From an uncultured Bacilli bacterium (GTDB taxonomy: Bacteria; Bacillota_I; Bacilli_A; RFN20; DUOF01): a stretch of 51,757 nucleotides of DNA. Made by a program: the position numbers and the translations under genes. Below the pieces are notes generated by a model. It was given only the letters and a program-made list of their open reading frames with translations, was not told the origin of the DNA and ran no database searches. Shown here one piece after another: positions 45,075 through 51,757 of this stretch. Numbering within the stretch: the first letter of the stretch is position 1; every line of letters starts with the position of its first letter. Where the stretch lies: the NCBI GenBank assembly GCA_934101685.1, contig CAKORZ010000001.1:1-51757 (forward strand). Reading direction: 5' to 3'.

Positions 45075-46442
45075 TTAAATTCTTCTACTGCTATTATATA
45101 TTTTACGCACTTTTAAAGCAATTTTCTCTAATTCATCATTTATTTTAGTGCTATCACCATTTTCAAAATCAACATTACTTTCTTTCATTAATTTATTTCT
45201 AATAGAGCAGATTTTCCTATATTCTTCATTATTTTCTTCTAACATAGCCTTAGATAGTCTATACATAGGCATTCCTTTAACCGGACTAAATCCCTTACTT
45301 CTTAAATAATCTTCTACACTAATACCATTTTCTGCACTAAGTCTAACAATACTATAAAATAATGAAGGAATCATAGTTAAATTACTAACTATTTTATCCG
45401 GATACGCTTTATTTAAATTTTGAATAACTTTTGCCTCATTAACTTTTCTTCTTTGCTTACTACCACTATCATATCCATAAAAAGAAAGAACATCGTTATT
45501 AGAAATACTACCACCTGGGAAATAAATACCTAAATGATTAATTTTAGCATATAATTTTTTATCATTATCATGTATATATTTTAAATTAAGATTATCGATT
45601 CCATTAACATCAATAAACTTTCTTATCTCATCTTCTACATAAGAAATATAATCTATATCAGTAAACACATGACTTAATCTAACACCATATGTACTCATAA
45701 GATACATGTTAACATCAATATCCAAATAACGAGCCTTTTCTCTTATTCTATGTATAATTCCTTGTCCTTTTTTTGTTTCTTTCAAAAAATCTATATAGCC
45801 ATTTCTATCTTTTACTTTTTGAAAAATTTTATTAAGTTTATATGTAATATTTACTCTCCCATCATATTCATACCCACACATTCTATAGATATCTTCTATA
45901 TTATAAGAAATTCCTTTTCTTTTATTTATTCTAATAAAATCCATTATTGTATTGTAATATGGAGTATTATCCTTATCATTACTTATTATTCCACCATTTT
46001 TAACATACTCATCTATTTCTTTTTTTATTCTTTCAATAGAAGTAGGTAAAACTTTATCTGTATATTCATAACCACATAATTGATATAATTTTTTAACACT
46101 CAAATCCTTATCTCTTTTAATAAGATTTAACATAAGTTGATAATATGGTAACTCTGTCTTTTTAGCATAAATACTACCACCATTATTAACATATTCATCT
46201 ATTTCTTCCTTAAGCCTAGAAATAGTAATTTCCTTTCCACCTTTACTAACATAAGAATATCCACACTCTTCATAAATAGAAACCATAGTACTATTAATAC
46301 CATTTTTCTTATCTAGTTTAATAATATCTGTTAACAAATTATAATATGGTATATCTTTCTTTTTATCTTGAATACTACCACCACTAGCAAGATAATCATT
46401 TATTTTTATTTTTAATTTATTTATTTTATCTTCTCTACTCAT
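45075..46442 (-). CDS. Hypothetical protein with three N-terminal tandem repeats of about 55-60 aa
   Basis: 455-aa ORF with a GGTGA RBS. Each repeat has the pattern [KR]LK.[EK]I[ND][ED]Y[LV]..GG.I.....[DE].PYYN/Q.....I......G......Y..CGY[SE]Y. No family recognised. Confidence 0.7.
   Translation of the reverse strand: MSREDKINKLKIKINDYLASGGSIQDKKKDIPYYNLLTDIIKLDKKNGINSTMVSIYEECGYSYVSKGGKEITISRLKEEIDEYVNNGGSIYAKKTELPYYQLMLNLIKRDKDLSVKKLYQLCGYEYTDKVLPTSIERIKKEIDEYVKNGGIISNDKDNTPYYNTIMDFIRINKRKGISYNIEDIYRMCGYEYDGRVNITYKLNKIFQKVKDRNGYIDFLKETKKGQGIIHRIREKARYLDIDVNMYLMSTYGVRLSHVFTDIDYISYVEDEIRKFIDVNGIDNLNLKYIHDNDKKLYAKINHLGIYFPGGSISNNDVLSFYGYDSGSKQRRKVNEAKVIQNLNKAYPDKIVSNLTMIPSLFYSIVRLSAENGISVEDYLRSKGFSPVKGMPMYRLSKAMLEENNEEYRKICSIRNKLMKESNVDFENGDSTKINDELEKIALKVRKIYNSSRRI
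45864..46421 (-). repeat. Three in-frame tandem coding repeats (period about 62-68 codons) in the 455-aa orphan
   Basis: The repeats span about aa 8-64, 76-127 and 138-193. They share the blocks EIDEYV.NGG, PYY and CGYEY. Confidence 0.7.
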
Positions 46443-46625
46443 AAATAATCACCAATAAAATGATAACATACTATTTTGCAAATTCAAGCATTATTATTGG
46501 CATGCACTATAATATTACTTTTTTTATTTTAACTAGTTTCTATAATAAAAAAAGATATTTCATAATAAATAGTTTTATATTTTCTTTTCAAATGTTAAAA
46601 TTTGGTTATAAATTGGAGTGGTTGT

Positions 46626-49600
46626 ATGAAAAATATAGTAAAAAAAATAATGGTATGCGTAATGTTAGTGGTTGGCTTTACTTTAGTCAGTGCGTGTGGT
46701 AACAATGACAATGATGGAGACAATAATAGCAGCGCTAACATTGACACAAGTGGCGAAAATATTATTCCTACTTTTGAAAGCTTTGAAATAGTTAAAGAAA
46801 ATAGCGAAAATTTATCATTTGAACAAAAGCAGTCAATTAAAACAACTTTATCTTCAAATAATAGTAATAATTATTTTGGAGAAAATAAAAAATCAATAGA
46901 AGAAAAAATAGATGAAGAGATAGAACTAGGAGAAAAAATAGCTATAGATTGTACCGTTGAAGCAAACGAGTACATTTATGCAATTACAAAGATTAAAAAC
47001 CCAAGTAATAAAACAATAACTTCAATTACAATAAATAACACAAGATACGCTAGTAGTTTATTTGAAAATGATTCTACTAATAAAAGAATAGTTATTAAAC
47101 TAAATGTTGGAACTAAATTTAGAATACAAAATTACACACTTGAAAAAATAAAATATATTGATAACGGTGCAAAAGATATAATAATAAATGGTAATGTTCA
47201 AAAATTAGTAAAAGTTGGAAATTTATTAAATATATCTCACGAGTTAAATAATTTAATTATTTCTAGTAATAGTATGAGTTTTAATTTTACATTAAATGAT
47301 ATTAGCTCTATTATTTCAAGCACAAAAGGTACAGTTACTGCTATTCTATATGATGGCGACAATACGCAAAAGAAAGAAATAATAACTGGTTCTCAAGCTG
47401 TAATTTTCAACAATTTAAAACCAGGAACTAAATATCAATATGCCATAGTAGCTACATATGATAAATTAGACGGAAATGGAAAGAAAAATTACATTTTAGA
47501 AAAAGATGGATTTACTACTGATAGTATACTAGAAGATTATACTATTACAAAAAACAATATAATAAATGGTTCTATAATAGTGCCTGAAAGTGCAAAACAA
47601 GGCGACACTATTACAGTAACTGTAACACCAAATACAGGATATCAACTTGATGAATTATACTATATAGAGGAAAATTCATCAGCAAAAATTACAATTACTA
47701 ATAAACAATTTATAATGCCTGCCTCAAATATAACAATTTATGCAACATTTAAAGAGGTTGTTCAAGAAAATAAATATAATATAACTGTTGAAGGAGACAA
47801 TGGAACGCTTAATATTGTAAGCAAAGCAAATGCTGGTGATTTAGTAGAATTTGCTCCCCTTCCTAATAATGGTTATTCATTGTCATTAGTATATTATGTA
47901 AAAGAAGGGCTTGATCCAGAAGATATAGATAATTGCATATTTCTTGAAGAGTATAGTTTTATAATGCCTGATTCAAACATAACAATTTACGCAATATTTG
48001 AGGAGGAATTACAAGAAGGAGAATATAGAATAACTTTGGAAACTGAAAATGGAACACTTAACATCGCAAGTAAAGCAAATGCTGGTGATTTAGTAGAATT
48101 TACTCCTATCCCTGATAATGGTTATACATTGTTCACATTATTTTATATAGAAGAAGGGCTTGATCCAGAAGATTCAGATAATTATGTATTCCTTGAAGAG
48201 TATAGTTTTATAATGCCTGCCTCAAATATAATAATAGTTGCCCTATTTGTTGGAGGTGATTTTACATCATATACAGTAACTACAGCACCTATGATAAATG
48301 GAGCTATAACAGTTAATGAAAACTGTATTGCTGGTTCTTCTGTAAGTGTCGAAGTTACACCAAATGAAGGATATAGATTAGAAAGTTTGTATTATATTGA
48401 AAATGGTAGCACTACTAGACATGAAATAACAAAAGATATCACAGGTTATAGTTTTACTATGCCAGAAAATAATATAACAATTTATGCAACATTTATAGAA
48501 ATTTCAGAAGATGATTATTATACAATAACAGTTAATGAAGTAATAAATGGAACATTCAATATTGCTAGCAAAGCAATGGAGGGTGATTATATACCATTTA
48601 CTGTAACTCCAAATAATGGATATAAGTTAAGTTCCATGTATTATAAAGAAGAAGGCAGTGATACAAGTATAGTTTTTGATGGGAATTATTTAAGAATGCC
48701 TGCAAACAACATAACAATTTATGTTACTTTTAAAAAAGCATATACAATAACAGTTGACAATATAGAAAACGGAGAAATATCTGTTGAAACTACTGGTTAT
48801 GAAAATGAATTAATTACCATTGAAGCAACTCCAAATAATGGATATAAACTAAAAGACTTATATTACATCGAAGAAGGAAATAATACTAAACAAGAAATAA
48901 CTAATAGTGCTGTTTGGGGCTTGAATTTTAGAATGCCTGCAAGCAATATAACAATTTATGCAATATTCGAGAGAATACAAAGTGATGAAAGTATAAGTAT
49001 AAATAATAAAGAAGATTTAATAAGATTTGCAAACACAGAAGAAGATTGGAATAAAAACATCTCATTAATGGAAAATATTGATTTAAATGGTGCAGAATGG
49101 ACTCCTATTGGTAATAGTTCAAAACCATTCGAAGGCATATTTAATGGAAATGGATACACGATATCTAATTTCAAGATAACAAATACCGAACTTTCATATA
49201 TTGGATTCTTTGGATATGTTGAATCTGCCACAATAAAAAATTTAAAAATTTCTAATTATTCTTATAGACTTAATTTTGATTTAAACCTTGGTGATATATA
49301 TGTTGGTGGATTAGCAGGAAATGTAAAATATGGAAGTATTCAAAAAAGTTATTCTTCTGGTGAAATATCAATGTCAGGTGACATAACAGCAATTATTGGA
49401 GGACTAATTGGAAGTATTCTTGATACACATGTAGAAAATTGCTACACTAATGGAAATATAACAGCTACATTAAGTGGATATTATACACTTGCTGGCGGAC
49501 TTATAGGAAATATAGGTAAAGAAAATTTCAATAGTCAGCAGAATGTAGAATACTGCTATTCTACAACTAATATTTCAATAACAAATATAGATGAAGATCC

Positions 49601-49958
49601 TGGCACTTTTACATTAATAGCAGGTGGTCTTGTTGGATCGACAGAACTTGATATTTATAATAGCTATGCAACAGGTAATATTAATGTAGTTAGTAATAAT
49701 TTTCCTGAAGATCCAGATACTATGTATTCTATTGCAGCAGGTGGTCTTGTTGGTGCTACTAGTTCATTCCCTGAAATAGAAGGTTACGAATTAAATACAC
49801 AAGATATATTTGCTACAAATAGCGAATACACAGAAATTAATAATGATGCAACAAAATACACATTAAATGAAATTTTAAATAAAATCAATAATGGCTCAAC
49901 AGCATGGAATAGTGAAATTTGGAATATAAGTTTAACTGAAAATCCTACATTAAAATAG
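46626..49958 (+). CDS. Large surface lipoprotein: six InlB-B-repeat-like (Listeria-Bacteroides repeat type) modules and a C-terminal GLUG-motif domain
   Basis: GGAGTGG RBS. Signal peptide with a lipobox (FTLVSAC). An FN3-like segment (LKPGTKYQYAIVATY). Six modules of about 75-83 aa: Y.IT....NG......a..Gd.v.f.v.Pn.GY.L..lyY.....f.MP.sNITIYA.F. The C-terminus carries repeated GGL[AIV]G...[SN].Y..G.I motifs. The track ORF starts at 46602, upstream of the RBS. Confidence 0.85.
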   Translation: MKNIVKKIMVCVMLVVGFTLVSACGNNDNDGDNNSSANIDTSGENIIPTFESFEIVKENSENLSFEQKQSIKTTLSSNNSNNYFGENKKSIEEKIDEEIELGEKIAIDCTVEANEYIYAITKIKNPSNKTITSITINNTRYASSLFENDSTNKRIVIKLNVGTKFRIQNYTLEKIKYIDNGAKDIIINGNVQKLVKVGNLLNISHELNNLIISSNSMSFNFTLNDISSIISSTKGTVTAILYDGDNTQKKEIITGSQAVIFNNLKPGTKYQYAIVATYDKLDGNGKKNYILEKDGFTTDSILEDYTITKNNIINGSIIVPESAKQGDTITVTVTPNTGYQLDELYYIEENSSAKITITNKQFIMPASNITIYATFKEVVQENKYNITVEGDNGTLNIVSKANAGDLVEFAPLPNNGYSLSLVYYVKEGLDPEDIDNCIFLEEYSFIMPDSNITIYAIFEEELQEGEYRITLETENGTLNIASKANAGDLVEFTPIPDNGYTLFTLFYIEEGLDPEDSDNYVFLEEYSFIMPASNIIIVALFVGGDFTSYTVTTAPMINGAITVNENCIAGSSVSVEVTPNEGYRLESLYYIENGSTTRHEITKDITGYSFTMPENNITIYATFIEISEDDYYTITVNEVINGTFNIASKAMEGDYIPFTVTPNNGYKLSSMYYKEEGSDTSIVFDGNYLRMPANNITIYVTFKKAYTITVDNIENGEISVETTGYENELITIEATPNNGYKLKDLYYIEEGNNTKQEITNSAVWGLNFRMPASNITIYAIFERIQSDESISINNKEDLIRFANTEEDWNKNISLMENIDLNGAEWTPIGNSSKPFEGIFNGNGYTISNFKITNTELSYIGFFGYVESATIKNLKISNYSYRLNFDLNLGDIYVGGLAGNVKYGSIQKSYSSGEISMSGDITAIIGGLIGSILDTHVENCYTNGNITATLSGYYTLAGGLIGNIGKENFNSQQNVEYCYSTTNISITNIDEDPGTFTLIAGGLVGSTELDIYNSYATGNINVVSNNFPEDPDTMYSIAAGGLVGATSSFPEIEGYELNTQDIFATNSEYTEINNDATKYTLNEILNKINNGSTAWNSEIWNISLTENPTLK
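47538..48973 (+). repeat. Array of six tandem coding repeats (InlB-B-repeat-like modules)
   Basis: The modules start at about 47538, 47775, 48024, then three more, ending at about 48973. Modules 2 and 3 are offset by exactly 249 nt and share identical runs of 22-30 nt. Confidence 0.8.
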
Positions 49959-49990
49959 CAAAATTTTATTATTTAGCAAAAAAAAATAAA

Positions 49991-50014
49991 AAGTAGATTA
50001 ATATCTACTTTTTT
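49991..50014. terminator. Bidirectional rho-independent terminator between the surface lipoprotein gene and the convergent ABC-F gene
   Basis: aagtagat-taat-atctactt with an A-run upstream and a T-run downstream. Confidence 0.8.
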
Positions 50015-50065
50015 ATATAATTATTCAAAAAAAATTCTTTAAGTGCATTTTCTAATATTTATCAA

Positions 50066-51592
50066 TTATAAACACTTATAATCAATAAGTATAACATCAT
50101 CTAATTCTTCATAAAAATCATCATGGCTAATTAAAATAAGAGTCTTACTATATTTCTTTAAAGCTTTAATTAATGCCTCTCTAGCATCTTTATCCAAATG
50201 ATTCGTAGGCTCATCCATTATTAAAACATTAGATGGTTTAAGCATTAAATCCGCTATTCTAATTTTAGTTTGCTCTCCTCCACTAAGCTTAATCATTTTT
50301 TCATTAAATAGTTTTCTATCAATACCTACAGTGCCTAATATTCCTTTAATTTTAGTATCATCAAACTTTTCATATTTATTTTTTAAATAATAGAATGGTG
50401 TAACATTTGGATCAATATTTTCTAATTGAGAAAAGTAAGCAACTTTAATTCTATCATTTCTTTTAATATTACCACCAAGTAATGGTGTTAATCCCAAAAT
50501 AGTTTTAACTAAAGTTGTCTTTCCAACACCATTTTCTCCTAAAATAAGATATTTTTTGTTTTTTCTAAAAGTAAAATTAATAGGTTTAGTTAATGGTTTA
50601 GTATAACCAATCAAGCAATCTGTCAACTCATAAATTAAATCACCACAATCGCTACACTCTAAAAAATTAAAATGTATCTTTTTACTTCCTACAGGTTTTC
50701 CAATTATCTCTAATCTTTCTAAAGCTTTTCTTCTACTCTTTGCCATTTTACTACTAGTAGCTCTCACAATATTTTTAGCAATTAAAGCTTCTTCTTTTTT
50801 TATAAATTTTTGTTGATTATTATAGGCATTTAATGTTTGCTCTTCCCTTAATGCACTAGCACTTAAATAATTATCATAATCACCTTTATATCTAGTAATA
50901 ACATTGCCTTTTAACTCCGCTACAACATTACAAATCTCTCTTAAAAAATTAACATCATGCGAAATAACAATAAAAGCATTATTATAATTTTTAAGATAAT
51001 TTGCTAACCATTTAATCTGATTAACATCCAAAAAATTCGTAGGTTCATCTAATAGCAAAACATCTACTTCTTCAAGTAACAATTTAGCTAATATTGTTTT
51101 TTCTTTTTCTCCACCACTAAGCATAGAAAGTCTCTTATTTAAATAGCTTTGCTCAAATCCAAGACCATCTATAATCATACCTATTTTAGATTTAATCTTA
51201 TAAAAATCATTATCCATCAAGTATTCCTGTATATTACATGCTTTATTAAGATATTTTTCATCTTCTCCTGCTTTAACAAAATACTCTTCCATTAACTTTT
51301 CTTTATCATACATATCTTTATATACTAGTTTTAGATATTCATCGCATGTCAAAGAATCATCAACACTAATAAATTGATCCATATATCCTATTTTGATATT
51401 TTTAAGCCATTCTACAGTTCCCTTATCTTGTCTAAGTTCACCACATAAAATTTTCATAAAAGTAGATTTACCAGAACCATTTAACCCAACTAACCCTAAA
51501 TGATCTCCACTAAATAATCTAAAATTAATATTTTCTAATAACTTACTACCATCATAATTAAAATATAAGTTATTAACATCTAACAAACTCAT
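50066..51592 (-). CDS. ABC-F family ATPase (two fused ABC domains, no TM domain)
   Basis: Two Walker A sites (GLNGSGKST, GENGVGKTT) and two signature motifs (LSGGEKEK, LSGGEQTK). Walker B LLLDEPTN and LIMDEPTN. A basic linker (KMAKSRRKALERLE). No hydrophobic domain. Confidence 0.9.
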   Translation of the reverse strand: MSLLDVNNLYFNYDGSKLLENINFRLFSGDHLGLVGLNGSGKSTFMKILCGELRQDKGTVEWLKNIKIGYMDQFISVDDSLTCDEYLKLVYKDMYDKEKLMEEYFVKAGEDEKYLNKACNIQEYLMDNDFYKIKSKIGMIIDGLGFEQSYLNKRLSMLSGGEKEKTILAKLLLEEVDVLLLDEPTNFLDVNQIKWLANYLKNYNNAFIVISHDVNFLREICNVVAELKGNVITRYKGDYDNYLSASALREEQTLNAYNNQQKFIKKEEALIAKNIVRATSSKMAKSRRKALERLEIIGKPVGSKKIHFNFLECSDCGDLIYELTDCLIGYTKPLTKPINFTFRKNKKYLILGENGVGKTTLVKTILGLTPLLGGNIKRNDRIKVAYFSQLENIDPNVTPFYYLKNKYEKFDDTKIKGILGTVGIDRKLFNEKMIKLSGGEQTKIRIADLMLKPSNVLIMDEPTNHLDKDAREALIKALKKYSKTLILISHDDFYEELDDVILIDYKCL

Positions 51593-51594
51593 TA

Positions 51595-51757
51595 TTACCT
51601 ATTTCCTTTTCTAAGTTCTTCTATTCTCTCTTCATTCAAATCTTTTAAAATATAAATTAAACTTTTTTTAGCACTATTATAATCATTAATATCCATTATA
51701 GTAGATGCACTATGCAAGTTTTTAGCACATATGCAATGTGTTAAAGTAAGTACTCCA
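51595..51757 (-). CDS. 3' end of an unidentified gene running out of the window
   Basis: I checked the minus-strand frame codon by codon and it is open from 51757 to the TAA at 51595-51597 (...GVLTLTHCICAKNLHSASTIMDINDYNSAKKSLIYILKDLNEERIEELRKGNR*). The stop lies 2 nt before the ABC-F start. It falls below the track length cut-off. Confidence 0.45.
   Translation of the reverse strand, partial: GVLTLTHCICAKNLHSASTIMDINDYNSAKKSLIYILKDLNEERIEELRKGNR

Noticed and set aside
46443-46625. Homopolymer tracts (T7, A7) and promoter-like hexamers upstream of the surface lipoprotein gene as a phase-variation switch.
   Set aside because: The tracts are short and not positioned between recognisable -35 and -10 elements. 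I could not define a promoter with acceptable spacing, so there is no evidence for slipped-strand regulation.
492-49231. Many 60-140-aa ORFs in the six-frame track lie antisense to, or out of frame within, well-supported genes. Examples: 492..683, 836..1198, 2529..2897, 2921..3127, 4731..5123, 6327..6566, 10171..10479, 11735..12076, 15545..15763, 18647..18985, 21642..21827, 24129..24320, 26151..26354, 26170..26364, 26464..26703, 27209..27418, 31782..32003, 33742..33927, 34012..34251, 36001..36186, 40423..40788, 41194..41625, 43353..43619, 45750..46049, 46460..46702 and 48956..49231.
   Set aside because: Each is fully nested in, or heavily overlaps, a gene with strong motif support on the other strand or frame. 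Their translations are low-complexity Ile/Phe/Leu/Ser/Lys strings typical of shadow ORFs. They lack Shine-Dalgarno sequences.
50066-51592. The ABC-F protein as an antibiotic-resistance (ARE) determinant, possibly related to the CAT-like gene at the other end of the window.
   Set aside because: The two genes are 50 kb apart with core genes between them. The ABC-F linker does not look extended. No mobile context is present. The subclass cannot be assigned without phylogeny.
1-51757. I looked for rRNA or tRNA genes, CRISPR arrays, IS elements with terminal inverted repeats, integrases and prophage blocks.
   Set aside because: No non-coding gap exceeds about 250 nt. No regularly spaced direct repeats were seen outside coding repeats. 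No transposase, integrase or recombinase-like ORF is present. I could not run tRNA or covariance-model scans, so very small ncRNAs cannot be excluded.
1-51757. Mollicutes-type genetic code (TGA = Trp), considered because of the extreme AT content.
   Set aside because: Conserved Trp positions are encoded by TGG, for example in rpsB RRWNPK and polC. TGA also serves as a stop, for example at the spoVAD/spoVAE ATGA junction. All core genes are intact under the standard bacterial code. Sporulation genes also argue against Mollicutes.

Overview
Very AT-rich chromosomal segment from a spore-forming low-GC Bacillota (Firmicutes) organism. The standard code applies (Trp = TGG, TGA used as stop). About 50 tightly packed protein genes are supported. 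I found no rRNA, tRNA, CRISPR array, IS element or integrase, and no intergenic gap exceeds about 250 nt. Content in order: (1) the 3' part of a CAT-family acetyltransferase gene, an operon of three charged membrane-anchored orphans, dtd and rarA. (2) A long minus-strand array fmt-tsaC-helD-traX-spoVAC-spoVAD-spoVAE-spoVAF. (3) Three separately transcribed orphan genes, then gpr-holA-comEC-comEA. (4) A split chromate-transporter pair, a small XRE module, a CotD-like coat protein gene and a ylbJ / ylbF-ylbE-ylbD-like cluster. (5) The conserved rpsB-tsf-pyrH-frr-cdsA-rseP-polC block, here without uppS, dxr and proS. (6) Accessory-looking envelope genes. One is a translationally coupled pair: a 1101-aa lipoprotein with a mid-protein Gly/Ala-rich TM hairpin, plus a DUF2628/SHOCT-like membrane protein. 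The other is a 1110-aa lipoprotein with six InlB-B-repeat-like modules and a GLUG-type C-terminus. (7) trmL, glyA, a P-type ATPase, a polysaccharide deacetylase, rpsO, an O-methyltransferase, a JAB/MPN-like orphan, a degenerate Ham1/RdgB-like protein, a 455-aa internal-repeat orphan and an ABC-F ATPase. Gene order is Bacillus-like: a ylb cluster, spoVAF attached to spoVA, and comE-holA-gpr. Combined with the extreme AT content this would fit an Erysipelotrichales-like lineage, but that is inference only. No recognisable defence, secretion or biosynthetic system is present. The most plausibly undescribed units are the 33.3-37.2 kb coupled envelope pair, the 0.5-2.4 kb three-gene membrane operon and the orphan genes at 43.7-46.4 kb. 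All function calls come from reading motifs by eye; no search was run.
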